This document shows, piece by piece, positions 1 to 14,171 of a stretch of 64,000 nt of DNA. The notes below the pieces were generated by a model that saw only the letters and a list, made by a program, of their open reading frames with translations, searched no databases and had not been told where the DNA came from. The stretch is from the human T2T-CHM13v2.0 reference genome, Homo sapiens: assembly GCF_009914755.1 (NCBI RefSeq), contig NC_060936.1. The stretch is one strand, 5' to 3'. Made by a program: the position numbers and the translations under genes. The first letter of the stretch is position 1. Each line of letters opens with the position of its first letter.

Positions 1-1069
1 TTCAATGGACAGTTAATCTAAATAAAATTATCATTACTTAAAATCACTAGCTTTCTGTGACAAATAAGGGAGATACAAAATGGAGGTCAATAGAATTTTA
101 ACAGAAACTAGAATTACAAAAGCTTCCTATAATATACAGACATTTAGAATTTTTACAAGGTTTATAGTGGTAAGAATGCTTAGGCTAGGCAGAGGATATT
201 TATTAGTTATTACTATCAGATATCAAATAACACCTTTAAGAGTCTACTTATAGTGATAGAACATCTTAGGTGACATTTAAAAGGATGTAGCTTTTCCTCA
301 TTATGTCCTAAAATACTTAAGAAAACACTAAAAAGACAAAATCATGGCATCAAGTCTCAAATACGCTAAAGCAAAGCATCTAGGTGGAACACCCACTAAT
401 TACAGTTAGGCCAATTTTCTTGGCACTCTCAGGTTTTATCTCATGACAAAGTCAACACCTAAAGTGGATAGGAAGACGCTTTGTAGTTTTATCATGTTAT
501 GCCTACTGGTCTATACCCAGAGTGTATTTTAACCAAAGAAAAAGAATGCCCAAATGTTGATTGTTGAGGCAATTTTAGGTCAATTCTCAGACCTCCATCC
601 GGTTCCCCAACTGCCATCTCACTCCCCATTTAGAAACAACATCTTTCAGAAACAAGTAAGCAGAAGCTATAGGGGGGGACTACTGATTGCTCATTGCATA
701 CTGGCTGCTTCTTCCTCCAGAAGAAATGATCTGAAGATGGTGAGAGAAACATCCTAAATACATTGAATGCTGGGACTTTTAGACTGTTGTGTATTATATC
801 TTCTCAGAGTTTCAAAGGACCAGGCAGGAGGTAAAAGAGAAATCACCACTCAGTTAAAAACTAAAAATCATATTGGAATCTGGGCAATCAACTTCCTTTC
901 TAGATGTGAATCTGAGAAGGAGATTTTGTTGCCATTGTTGCCATGCTATTTTTTTGGTCAGAGAGTGTGTCTAAGGACAATCCACTCATCCTATATTCTG
1001 AGAGTCACTGAGTTTAGAAAGTACTCCATTTAATGATTTGTAAAGAGAGGTAAAAAGAAACAAAACATT

Positions 1070-2060
1070 AAGCACCAAGAATTACTGTGGAATAAGGGAA
1101 AAATAATTACCAACCTGGAAGCCCAAAGGAAGAATATGTTTTTAAAATTGATTTCTTGTAAGACTCAAGAGAACATTTCTGGAACCTGTTTGCTATGTTC
1201 AATAAAATGCAAAAAGAAATGCTTCATGAACCTCCATGGAGCAGGATAATCAGCCTACAAGGAAAAGGGTGAGGTACAAAAGAGGGACAGAAAAGCTAAA
1301 AGAGAATTTCAACAAAACTTAAGGTGTAACAGAAAAATTAAGCCACACACTTTAAAAGGTACTGAGAATACTAAACTCTAGTAATGGTAATACTGAAGCA
1401 GGAATGAAGTGACAGGGAGGATGGGCTGAGAAGCTGTCATAAAATGTACAGGATGAGGACAAATAGATGAAAAGTATGAAAGGAACATGATAGTTTATAA
1501 GACCTATTATGGAGCTTCAATATGTAACTAACTAGTGGTCCTGAATAAAGAATTACAACATAGTAAACAGAAGCAGTAAATAAAAGTATAACAGAAAAAT
1601 TGACTGTTTGACCTACATATTCAGAATTGATTGACTTTACTAACTTCAAGATAAAATGATAAAGGAGACCCACAAAACTCATATTGAAAACTTCTGAATT
1701 GCAAAAGAAACAAATAATAATTTAGAAACTCAAGTATCCAAATAGGGGGGAAATAGGAAAAGAAGCGATTTTCACCAAAGAAAAATGTATCCAGCTAGCT
1801 TCAGACACTAACTGTAAATATTTCAAAAAAAGAAAAATAAGAATTTTAAAAGGATGATATTGTGAACCAAGAATTTCATATCTACACAATGTATTTTCTT
1901 ATGTAAAAACCATTTAAGGATGGTTTGTATGTATAAAAGATCAGCAAAATGAATATTTATGTACATTTACAAAACAAATGACTTGAAAGATTGCTCTAAA
2001 TTAATCTAAAAGAATCAGATTTTAAAACCCAAACATGGGAGGGTCATGGCACAAAAGGAT
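1070..2060 (+). mobile_element. Highly decayed HAL1/L1M ORF1-like remnant
   Basis: A-rich sense strand with ORF1-type motifs such as 'tcaatatgtaactaactagtggtcctgaa' and 'tgtgaaccaagaatttcatatcta'; no open frame; boundaries approximate. Confidence 0.45.
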
Positions 2061-2307
2061 TGGGAGTTTTGCCTTTATCTATTTGGATCAAAATTTTAGG
2101 TGCAATGTTAGATATTTCATCAAGCAGTAGAGTATTTCTGTAATCCTGTGATTTCATTTGATTCTCTTCAACTCCGACCGCTTCCCCATCACCAGGAAAT
2201 ATATTTCTCATGTCTCATTGCAAACCTCACAGTTCAGATGGAGCCTCTTGTTAGGTCCAACGACCTAGGAAACTAACTAGCACTTGCGAGATGTCCAAAA
2301 TATCATA

Positions 2308-2615
2308 CAGTTGGCCCTCTGTAACTGTAGGTCCCATATCCATGGATTCAGCCAACTACAGATAAAAAATATTCGGAAAAAACTGCATTTGTACTTAACA
2401 TATACAGACATACTCTTGTTGTTATTCCCTAAACAACTATTGCCATTGTATTTGGTATTACAAGTAATCTAGAGATTATTTAAAGTATGCAGGAAAATGT
2501 GCATAGGTTATACACAAATACAACACCATTTTATATCAGTGACTACAGCATTTGCTGTTTTGATATTTGCGGGAGGTCTTGGAACCAATTCTACATGGAT
2601 ACTCTGGGACAACTG
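2308..2615 (-). mobile_element. MER2 (TcMar-Tigger non-autonomous DNA transposon)
   Basis: Terminal inverted repeats 'cagttggccctc...gggacaactg' flanked by TA on both sides; core 'aagtaatctagagattatttaaagtat...cataggttata'. Confidence 0.9.
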
Positions 2616-2689
2616 TATTTACATGGCTGAGAATTATGCTTGATAGTTTCTGTTTGCTATCTATATGGCAATATATTGTCAACTTTTTA

Positions 2690-2850
2690 AAATCATTTAT
2701 TTCTCTCATTAATGAGGCCTTTATCACGACTAGATTTGTTTTACAGATTAGGAAATTTAGGATGCTTGGCCAACTTTCTCAAGACACCACACTAAGTAAG
2801 AAATAAATTTGAACTTACATTTTCTGACTTCAAATCAGATATGTGCTCCA
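2690..2850 (-). mobile_element. MIR SINE fragment
   Basis: Core 'ttttacagattaggaaatttagg' and 'tttgaacttacatttctgacttcaaa'. Confidence 0.55.
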
Positions 2851-3190
2851 TATCTTGCCTAACATAGGACTGCTTCATAGATTTTTAGAAAATGGTAATT
2901 TGTATTTTTTTTTGGTTGTATACCATCATTTGAGTTGAAAAAAGGAAACAATCTTCATGTCACTTAATACTTCAATCAGTTTAACCTTATTGTTCAACTC
3001 TCAAGTGTACAATTATTGTGCATAATGGTATTAATATGTAAAAAATTACTTTTCTAATATTCAGTTGATATGACAGTAGGTTCCAAACTGCTTTTTTGAC
3101 ATCTATTTGTTTGATTACTCTGAATCAGATAGTTTAGCATTACATTTTTTGGAAAGAAATATGAGGACCCTTAGTTAGCTACAGTAAAGC

Positions 3191-3675
3191 TTTTTTTTAA
3201 ACAATAAATTTTGATATAATTTCAAACTTACAGAAAAATTGCTGAAACAGTACAAGAAACTCCTATATACCATTTACCCAAATTCAACAATTATTTGTAT
3301 GCTGCCTCATTTACTTTATAAATCTCTGTCTCCCTCTTCATATGTATACATACATGCAAATTTTCCTTTAAATATTTGAGAATACATTGGAGACATTGTG
3401 CCCCTCTACCCTTGAATAGTTTATCATGTGTTTCTGGGAAAACAAGAGCAAAAAATGAAATCTCTATGTTCTCTGAAGTAGTTAAAACCCAATTATAGAA
3501 ATCAGAAAAACTTAACATCCATAAAATACTATTATCTAATTCACAGTCCATACACAAAATTCATCAATTATCCCATTAAGATCCTTTATAACCCACCCCA
3601 TTCTGTCTCCATCCAGGATACAATTCAGCATCAGGCACTGCATTTAGTTATCATATCTCTTCTTTTCTTTCTTTA
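3191..3675 (-). mobile_element. L1MC4/L1MC5-type 3' end
   Basis: 'tataatttcaaacttacagaaaaattgc...catttaccca' and 'tgcatttagttatcatatctct' match the L1MC 3' UTR. Confidence 0.75.
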
Positions 3676-3735
3676 TGGAGAAGCTTGAAGTCCAAAACAC
3701 ATTTCTTCTTATGGCCAGTAAAGTTTGGAGGCAGA

Positions 3736-3926
3736 CCAGTTGTTCACCATCCTGGTTTACATTTAGACTTATCTGGGGAAATCTGCAAAGCCGTTTTACT
3801 ATTCCCACACTACCCTTGCTGACTCAGAATCCCAGGGAAGGAATTGCCCCAGAACTCATATTTGTTTTTTTTTATTCTTCAAAAGATCTAGTCATTCTGA
3901 TGATCAGCTAGCTTTGAAATCCCTGA
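3736..3926. mobile_element. MER5-family hAT-Charlie MITE
   Basis: 'cagttgttc...tgactcagaatc...ttctgatgatcagctagctttgaaatccctg' layout, about 190 bp. Confidence 0.55.
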
Positions 3927-5034
3927 GGTCAACCAATGCTAAACTTGGAGAAGGAGAGCAACACTGCTGAGGCTAGCCAGAGAGGCAATATTAGAGAGAG
4001 AGAGAGAGAAGAAAGATGACAGGAGAGAAGAGGAATGACAGAGAGGAATCAGAGGCATGTCATAGAAGGTGGAAGCTTTTCCAGTAGGTACTTAAGAATA
4101 TTTACCCCAAAACGACCACTAGTAAAGACAGCTCTGGAAAGAGTAAAACAGAGACCCTTTTGGCTTTCATAATTTTAAGATATCTGTAAGCAGCTTGTTT
4201 CTTGAACAATTATAACCTATTTGGCAAGAAAACATTTCTGTAACCATGTAAATCTGAAGAACAAAATTAGTGTAATTACCTTCTCATCACCTTTAATATA
4301 TGAAAATTCATCATAAATCTGCAAAAGTACAAAGTATTTCCCCAATTTGCTTGACATCACCTTTCTGGAGGCATGCCTGTTAGTTAACACCTCCACTTCA
4401 CTGCCTAAGTGACTTTAGAAGTTGCATTAGATTCTGAAAAACTGCACCATGTAACTCAGGTAAATTTTGGTAAAGACATTCATAAGGGCAAAATTATAAA
4501 GAAATATCTTTTCTCTAACTGTTTTTAGTTTAGGATTACATATAAGCAAAGAACAGCTAATACTACCAACAAAGTCACATAAGAGTATAAAATCATGAGC
4601 AGAATTATACATGAACCATACAAGTGACTAATGAAGAACCATATAAATTGTCAATAGCAATGAAGATGATGGTTAGCCAGATCAAAAAAGATGTATTCTG
4701 AGGCAAAAATATACAATGTTGAGACCTTTACTCCTAAATACATAACTGTCTTCACTAGAAGATACAAATATCAAATTTTAAAAACTTGTTGTATTAAAAG
4801 CTCTTCCTAAATCCTCTTTGAGTTCCTATAATTTAAAAAAATCCCATAAAGTTAAAAAAAGTAAAATCTTAAAGCAATAGTTCAAAGATCCAAGCCACCT
4901 TTGTTTTTCCTCCAATAAGAAATACTAGAGTTGTTCCTATAGAGCCCAGTCATTCAAAATATTAAAAAATAGGGCTGGTATACTTGATTATCTCCATAAT
5001 TGCTGCTTAAGGAAAATATACAGTTTTATACTTT

Positions 5035-5485
5035 TAGGAGTCTATTGTGTTTATGTTATTACCATATGATATGACAAAGTGAAAATTAAGAAGCAGCTTT
5101 AGGTTGGCTGTGCTCAGCTGGGGTGGTTTTCTATTTTTTGTGCTATAGCTGAGGTTATTCATGTGCTTGCATTTAGTTAGGTCTCTGCTGGTCATGGACT
5201 ATCTAAGATATCCTCATCTTCCAGGGTCTTTCCTCCATAAAGTTCCCCTTTAGTTCAACCTTCTTTACAGCATGGCAGCTGGCTGCCAAGAAGAATCATG
5301 CCAAGAAGACAAGTCCCAGTGTACAAGTATTTATTTGTCAAGCTTCTGCTTGCATCACACTTGCCACTGTCCCGTTGGGCAAAGCATGTCACATGGCCAA
5401 GCCTAGAATGGGAAAGAACTATACCAGAGTGTGAATACTATGAGACATGGTGCTTTAGAAGCCATCAGTGTAACAGCCTGCCAAG
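5035..5485 (-). mobile_element. MLT1 (ERVL-MaLR) solo LTR, old G/H-type subfamily
   Basis: 'gctcagctggggtggtt', 'ttgggcaaagcatgtcacatggccaagcc' and 'gtgtgaatac...gccatc' motifs. Confidence 0.7.
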
Positions 5486-5789
5486 CGGAAGGGTTTTAGA
5501 TGCATTTCTGTCTGTGCTGGCTAATAATTTGCATCTGATTATCCATCTTCAAATATTGCAACTCTAGACAAGGATAAAGCAAGAAACGAAGATAGGTATA
5601 TATTCATAAAAGTGCTTAGAAATATCCATCAAGATATATAGATTTTGTGGCTAAATATATTAATTACTCTAAATGGAATCACATATTATTTGATTAGCCA
5701 AGATTAGAACTGATAGTTGAGCTGTTTCTAATATGTTGACTACTAAAAGTAATAGCACAGCTAATATCAGAGTGTAATAAAACAGAAAC

Positions 5790-5935
5790 ATTAGGCTAGG
5801 ACATAGGATCACATAAGTGTCATCAAACTATGTACCTATAAGGGTATCATTTAAGTTCTTTAGGCCTCAGTTTTTTATATATTAACACAAATGTCTTAAA
5901 CTATATTTTTTCTTAGCATTTTTTCAGCTCTAAAA
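5790..5935 (+). mobile_element. MIR/MIR3 fragment
   Basis: 'tcatttaagttctttaggcctcagtttt' core and 'ttcagctctaaaatt' tail. Confidence 0.4.
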
Positions 5936-6989
5936 TTTGCCACATCTTTAAAAATTCTTTAAGTATTATTAGCAACACAAACACACACACACATACAATG
6001 TCACCCAAATTCCCTCATTAATCAGTTAGCTATGCCAGGGATTGTGAGAAATATGTAAACGTTAATTTGTGGTTATTAAAGATTTAATTCAACTAATTGG
6101 GCCCTGTTAGTTACCTATTAAAATCTCAGTCACAACCGATAACATGGTCAAGAGGGTGTTTCCATGGTCTAGGTTCCCCTGGATATTACCAGATAGCATC
6201 ATGATTAGAAATAAACAATAAACAAGGTTTTTATTGGGGGGGGGGAGGCTAAGGATACTCTGTATAAATGTGTAAATATTATAATTAAAAGAAGAAAAAG
6301 GGAGGTTACAATGTCCTAATGTACTGGGAGCTAAGGAGTGCTTGTAATCTCTGGTCATCAGAGATGGTGTACAAGAAATGTTTCTTACTTTAGAATTCTT
6401 CTTCCCAGATTTTTATCCTTTTCAACACAATGAGGCGACTGAAGCAACAGAATATTCATAACTCCTCCTCCTCCTCTGCCCCTATTAATTCTTTCCTCCT
6501 CCAGCCATTTAGTTTAGATTTCTTTTACTCTTACAGACAAATCACCCGAAGTTTACGGCAATCTAAGGCATTAGCTGTGTCTACAGATGAGCTGATACTT
6601 GCAAGACAGAACTTTTGTCAGATCCATAAATTGCTTTCTATTGTTCCTTTCTCTAGTGCTCATATTCTTGCCCTTGGACATTGCTAAATAGTTATTCTAC
6701 TTCCCATTTGTATATATGGCATCTCCAAATAAGCTAGTTCATTCCCCTCCTTTCCTACCTCCTTATATGCCATATCCTTCATACTAATTGGTCCATCCTT
6801 CTGAGAAGGTAAGTTCTACATGACATATAGGCTTTATGGAGTGCTGAAATATGCTTTGCATCCACAGTGGAATTTCCATGCAGGATTTTTTTTTTGTCTT
6901 GGCTCATTGATTATTAAATCAAGTTTTCTGTGTCCTGAATTGAGTCTTCTACTTCTTTTAGGTTGATCTTGCTGTGAAGTAAATACTGT

Positions 6990-7187
6990 ATAGAGTTGTC
7001 TGAAATAACTTTCTAGGATGATAGGCATGTTCTCAATTTGCATTGTACAATACTCTACTCTCTAGCCACATGTGGATATTGAGCACTTGAAATATATTTT
7101 GTGTGACTGAGAAAGTGAGCCTGTATTTTAATTAATTTTAAATTAAATAATTATGTATGACTAATAGCCACCATGTACTGGTAGTGT
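6990..7187. mobile_element. MER3 hAT-Charlie MITE
   Basis: 'tagccacatgtggatattgagcacttgaaat...gtgtgactgagaa...aattaattttaaatt'. Confidence 0.75.
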
Positions 7188-7379
7188 AATGGCAGAGAGA
7201 GTAGCCATTTTGCACTTTAAGAGTTATTTTCTTGACTTCCTGACACAGATATTTCTTACACATGGAATGTCCAGCCTTAGAAAATGTTACCCAGTCTAAT
7301 AGATCTAGATCCAGATTTATCTTCTACAGAGTATCTTCTTGCCTTTGAGTCTGTACTGATCCTCTTTTTGTTGAAACAT

Positions 7380-7588
7380 TAAGTGTACCTTGCCTCTGGC
7401 ACTTAGAGCAGACTATTATGCATTGTAATTTATCTGCATCACAAAAGTGTGATTTTTCTCCATAATCAGATTTAAAACTCTTTGAGGTCAGAAACTCTAA
7501 CATTTCTTTTGCATTCCTCTTGGCAACAAAGCATATGCTGGGTACCTGGTTGTTGCTCTGTAAGTATTTATTGCATGGATAAATAAAG
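7380..7588 (+). mobile_element. L2 3' end
   Basis: 'aactctttgaggtcagaaac...gtatttattgcatggataaataaa' resembles the L2 tail. Confidence 0.65.
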
Positions 7589-9659
7589 TAGGTTACATCA
7601 GGGAGTACGGTGACTGGGCAGATGGTGTCCAAATGACAAAAGCCCCACTTCTTCCTGCTTGAAGTGATGGCATATTTTGATAAATTTCCCATAAGGTCCT
7701 AGAAAAGTATCTGAGAACTAGAATATGCACTTAAGGAGGCTGGCAAGGAGAGAGCCAATTTCATGGAACTTGCAACGTGTAGTTATACAACTGCAGTATG
7801 TTGCATACAAGGGCCTCTCTGATTTCCTCCCAGTATAAAATACACTTCAGCAGAACAGAGTACTGGAGTGAAATTGTAAGCTTTCTCTCATGTGTGTAGA
7901 AAGCCACATGGTGGCTCCCACCACTAGTGATTTCAGATCTGTGTAATAGTTCTGGTTTGACTTTTTACAAGTTCTTGAAATTGTTGGCTATGTTATTCGT
8001 ATATACTGTGTAGTCAAACTGTTAGTGTAAAGACTATTTTCCTGAACTTTCTAGAGCTGAGTAGGATAAGAAAACAAAATGATAAAGCAAGGAATACAAA
8101 CAATGCAACACACTGCTAATGATTTTAAATCATGCAGACAAAAAGTTTCTGAATAGCTCATGAAATTCTTGATATGTTTGAAAAAATATACCATTTGAAG
8201 TAACAATACAGTGTCACTAACATTTTTGAAAATAGTCAACAATGTTTAGAATTTGTTTATACATATGGCATGCATTTTAGATGTAACAGCCAGGAAAATC
8301 TCATTATTGTAGACTTCACTGGAAGATCTCTGAGGTCCCTTCCAGCTTTAAAATGCTGAATATAATTCAGAATTTATGATAATTTGAACTAGGCAAGGCT
8401 GAAATTTACTTTTGTATGATCTATGAAGCAAGGATTTGCTAATAGTGTAAACAAGATTGCTTGAGGCTTTTAACCAAGCCGTTTTTAAAGATTTTAACAC
8501 GTTGTGTGATACAAATGGGTCTAATTTCAAATGATTCCCACCTATTTATTAAAGCACGCAATGAAAGACTGTTACTTAGAAGTGCTTTTATTAGCAGCTA
8601 AATGTACACTGTGAATTTGAAAATAATAAATCTGCATTTCTTATTAGAGTATATGGTTTGTGTTTTACTTAATTCTGTTTGGTTTCTCTAATGGTAGAAG
8701 ATATCAATGAAGGTTTTCTGTAATTAGAAATGACTACTTCAAATACAATTGTCTATTTCATTAGTTTATTTTTCCCCTTCTTACTTTATGCATTCTTTAT
8801 CACCTTGATCTATTTAAAAATATATTTATGAGGCACTGATATTTCACAAGCAATGTAATTACTCTTTGAGGAATAATTAAAAACTTAGGGCTTCTTAAAT
8901 TTGGCTGTAATTCTGATATCTATTTACAATTATTCAAGAGTACAATGGATTAATATAGAAAGTGTAAGATTAGGTTGATTCCTGTAAAGCTTTAATTTTC
9001 TTCTTCAGCATGTTGTCATCATAATTTGTTTCTCTTGATTTTAAAACAATTCTCTGTGTACATAAAGGCTAAGAAATATTCTGTACTTTACTATGAAACT
9101 AAGATTCTACTCTAGGCAAAAGAGCTTGAAAATTTACTTCACTTACAAATAGCAAAAATCCTTCTAAAGGCCTGTAGAGATAATACATATAGTATAATTT
9201 ACAAAAATGAATATAAAAAGATTTACTTTGTAAAATCTTATATACAGTTCAGAATGATAATTTGAAATTGAAATTGAATTTAAAACACAATGTAGGAAAT
9301 ATTTGATATCACTTGCTGTATGTTGACAAAGCTAAAACACAAAATCATTTCTATTAGAAGATGTTTGTGTAAAAATCTTTATGGTTTCCCTTCACAAGTG
9401 TATTTTTAAAATGACATATTTTTGTAGCATGTAGGATGGTGGTATTTTATAACACCATTTTCTAGATTCTATAGTCCATGTTTATACTAACAGAGAGTGA
9501 TGCTATAATAATAACAGTCACGATTTACTGTAAAACTTTTACATCATAGTCCTTTGAACATATAAAAAACTTTAAAAACATGTATTATTGTATACTTTAG
9601 TTAAATAATATTCACTAAATATCTAATGTGTTGCTTAACCTGGCCTAAATATTCTGTAC

Positions 9660-9820
9660 TATCATCCTTAATCCTCACAAAAACCTATGAAATAAGAACT
9701 ATGATCATCTCCAAGTTATAAATGGGGAAATTGAGGACTTGAAGGAGACAGTAACTTGCATAAGAGATTCACGTGGTTGAGAAAGCATTTGAATGTACAT
9801 GTCTGACTCTAAAACTTGTA
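9660..9820 (-). mobile_element. MIR SINE
   Basis: 'ttaatcctcacaaaaacctatgaaataag...aaatggggaaattgagg...gtctgactctaaa'. Confidence 0.65.
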
Positions 9821-10974
9821 ACTCTAAAACTCTTACCCCTCTAGTTTTTCTGAGTAAAGGGTTTATTTTCTCATGGTGTCGCCCTAATCACCTTAATGCC
9901 TTAATATCTCCATATATTAAATACAAATTTCATTATTGTTGCTAAAGAATGGGAGCTCTTCTTTGAAAAGGGATGGAATTACTCTATTTGAAAAGGTGAA
10001 GAAAGTAGTCTAGGGTATTAAACGTTTTCAGTGGTGGCTTAACAAAACTTGAATACAGTTATTGCCAAGTTATTTTGCTCACCAATCCAAGTGGGTACTT
10101 TTGAAATCCCATCTGGTTGCATCTACTTCTTGTGTTCCATCTATTTTTCAATGTTAAAAATTTCATCTGAAATTCTTTATACCAATGAAATGATTTCTTC
10201 TATCTCATTCAATTCAGGACTTCTGCCCCATGCCAATTGGTCTGAGATGGTAAGTTTCACTCATTACCTCTTAGCATAAAAGAAGTGCAATGATGTAGAA
10301 AATATAATCTGTTGAAGAAATATTGGTTGCTAGAGATTCCCATATATGAGGCTTAAATTTTAGTGATCCAAAATCCTTTTCTGTTTCATCTTTTTCATTT
10401 TGCTTCCTAAAATGAGTATTACTTCAGATTTTGCAGTAAGTACCCACTAAATGCAGATAGCACCCAATTCAAAGCAATCTCGGTTTTGACGCTACCATTT
10501 TAACCCCAACAGTGTTTTGGTTGGGTGAACCCTAATAAATGAAATCGCTAGGAATAATCAACACCAAATAAAACAGAAGGACTATAACTGCACAAGAAAT
10601 AAAATGTGACTAAATAAAATTGGATATAGTATAAGATCTTATTGAAATATTCATCTATAATGTTCTATCCAGGAAAATTTGTCTTAGTAGAATAATCACC
10701 AAAAGCAAGCAATCAGAAAGTCTAAACATTAAGACATCTTTATATGAGCAAAACTGATTGATTAATCAGCTTTCTGTCATAAAATTTACTGATCAAAATT
10801 AAAATATTTTCAGTAAAAGAAAAATGGTAATTGACAAGAGGAAATTATTTAACTATAGTCTGTAAGAAGTTGACCATTGGATTAAATTGGTTCATGGATT
10901 TACTCTAAATAACCTTCCAATAAAGTTTATAAATATTTCAATAATGATAAATTATTTTATCTTATTAAAAAATT

Positions 10975-11176
10975 GTTTTAGATAGGCGCTTGCTCTGTCA
11001 CCCAGGCTGGAGTCCAGTGGACTGATCATAGCTCACTGCAGCCTCAGCCTCCTGGGCTCAACTGATCCTTCCACTTCAGCCTTCCAAATAGCAGGGATTA
11101 CAGGTGCTCACCACCACACCCTGCTGAATTTTGTATTTTTTGTAGAGATGGGACCTTGCTTTGTTGCCCAGGCTGG
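10975..11176 (-). mobile_element. AluJ, 5'-truncated
   Basis: Right monomer plus part of the left monomer; J diagnostics 'tcatagctcactgcagcctc...ctgggctcaa' and 'tttttgtagagatg'. Confidence 0.92.
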
Positions 11177-12806
11177 GATAAAATACTTATTTTTATAAAT
11201 AGAGATTCAAAGTATCAAAAGCTGTAAAAGCACCAGGGTTGAAATATTTTGTGTTTTCCTCAAATCTATTGTTTCCATTCCTAAATCTATTTATGAAATG
11301 AATTCAATTATGATAAGATTTGTCCTATCAACTCATAGCGTTTTTGTGAAGATCGAATGAGATGACAACTACAAAAGTACTTTGTTAAATTTAAAGCATT
11401 ATTTAGTGGTACTTATTATTTTGAACTGCCTGTTAAACATTCTTTGTTGAATGTATGACACAAATCAAACTTATGGCATTTTCCCAAAAAGTGAAACTCT
11501 CTCTATGACTTGCCCACCCTGTCAATGATACTACAATTCTAACGCTTCCTCAAAATTCAAGGGTTGAAACCTCAGCATTTCTTTTCTTTAATTTTTTAAT
11601 TTTTTTGAGTTCCTTTTAACTCCTTTTCTATCATGATTATACAAGCCAAATAGAGCCAAACAGTCTAATCAACCAGACTATATGTGATAACCAAATTGTT
11701 GTCACATCTCAACTGCTACTCAGTTATAACTTTATCTCATTTTTATAATAGACATATTTCTGAAAATGTGCAGAAATTGATTTTTTTACAAATGAAATTT
11801 TATTCTATATACAATAAAGTGATTTTAAGGAGTTCTACTTTGAAATTTTGCGTAGAGTGAAAAATTCATTATCACTCTAGATTTTTCTATATGTCATTAA
11901 AACATGACATGCAAATATTATTTTCCATTTTCAAAGAAACTCTTGCAAAAGACATGCCAAATGTGGTTCATTGAAGATTCTCTTCTCTGGCAAAGCTAGC
12001 AATTCAATGACCCATTGAATTAGTGTCATTGTGGTTATGTGGTTTGGTTTTCTGCTTTATATTAAACCCCAAAGCTTTAAATAAATGAGTGTGATTATTT
12101 GAAAGTTTTAAGCAATAGTAAAATAAGGGCAGAGAAGAAGGAACAAAGAGTTATCCTGTAATTTATATTTGAGACAGTATGGATGACATTTAAGATATAA
12201 CTGTAAGAAGCAAATTATAGTGACCATAACTCAGCTGCATGATCAATTTTATTTTCAGTGGGACTTGGAATAAAATAATATAACTCAGTAGAACAAATTT
12301 TGTTGCCCAGGATAACTGTTGAGAGTATTTGAATTCATTGCATGGGAAAGAGGCATCTTAAAATTTTTTAATGATAAAATTTTAAAAAAATGGTAATCAT
12401 GCATGTTATTAAAATTAGTGCAATAGAGTCATCTTAAGCATTGACTTTCCTATGGTAGGAAGTTTTTATTTGAAGAGTTTCTGAGGATTATTTTGTCATC
12501 TCATATACTCCTTAAAAATTTCTAAGAATATCAGTGAAACCACATGATGCAATTATGGTCAACTTAAATGACATGGTCATGGTTCAATGACAGAGGTTAA
12601 TTGTGCATGTAAGCTTTCCTATGTAACTACTGAAATTAAAAGCTGATAGACCTACGTTTTAATTTGCCCAGGTTTTAGGTATTTCTGTGTGTCTACTATA
12701 GTAGAAACAAAATTGACATGTGGAAAATATTACAATATATTGTAGTATAATTCTTTAAATATTTTAATAAAATCTGGGACTGGCCATACATTAAAATACA
12801 GTTCAA

Positions 12807-13147
<341 letters not shown>

Positions 13148-13916
13148 TTAGGTTACAGCTTCTAAAATGAAAAATGACATTGTATGGATTTCCACGTTTC
13201 TCTAGGAAGAAAAAAAGAAGCAAATAAAATTAGAACAAAAATTTTGTATTACTCACCCAAAGCCACTGTGGACCAAGTGGCATCAGAGTGGTACAAGCAG
13301 CACCTGGATCCTTAACGCCTAGACTAGGTATGGAAAGAGACTAATTCACTGGCTAATAACATTAATATCTGAACTGGTCTTAAGAGATAACATACATTAG
13401 CATGTTGAATCACACTGTTATTTTCAAACTGTAGGGTTCAAATAGACAGTGATGATAATGAAGTTTAGCTCAGTCCCAGAAAAACACAGATATTTTTTCA
13501 TAAAATGGTTGAAGGTTTTATGACTAAAATTATGCTGAAATGTGTTTTTTAAGTTTAAGTGATCAATTCTTCTATGGTTAGTTTCCAGTGCAGTTTAGAT
13601 TTCATAAAAATGTTCTTTTTAAAATAAAGGTAATTCAAAAGGTAATTCCCTTTTGAATTATTTTTGTGTAATTAACTTCACAAATGAGAAAGAAGAAAAA
13701 CAGTCTATTATCAAACCACATATTTTGGTTTTAGGGCCAGAATACATGAATATTTTATCCATAGCCTAACACCATATTATTTTAATATTGTTTTCATTAA
13801 TTATTGACATATATAATACCCCTTAAATATTGAAGAAACTATAATCTCTAAAGTCTTGAGCTATTATTTTCTGTTTGTAAACAAGAAATGTTTAAAATCT
13901 GAATTTAACCTAAACC

Positions 13917-14171
13917 AACTGGGCACAGTGGCTCACACCTGTAATCCCAGCATTTTGGGAGGCCAAAGTGGGAGGACCACTTGAGGCCAGGAATTCAAGA
14001 CCAGCCTTGGCAACATGGCGAGACTCTGGTCTCTACTAAAAATTAGTCAGGCGTGGTGGCACGTGCTTGTAATCCCAGCTACTCAGGAGGCTGAGGCAGG
14101 AGAATCACTTGAACTCGGGAGGCGGAGGTTGCAATGAACCAAAATTGTGCCCGACAATTTTGTTCTCCCAC
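13917..14171 (+). mobile_element. Alu (S/J type) with aberrant 3' end
   Basis: Alu dimer as far as 'gaaccaaaattgtgcc'; last ~40 nt not canonical; TSD core 'acctaaac' lies before the Alu and after the GGAA tract. Confidence 0.93.
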
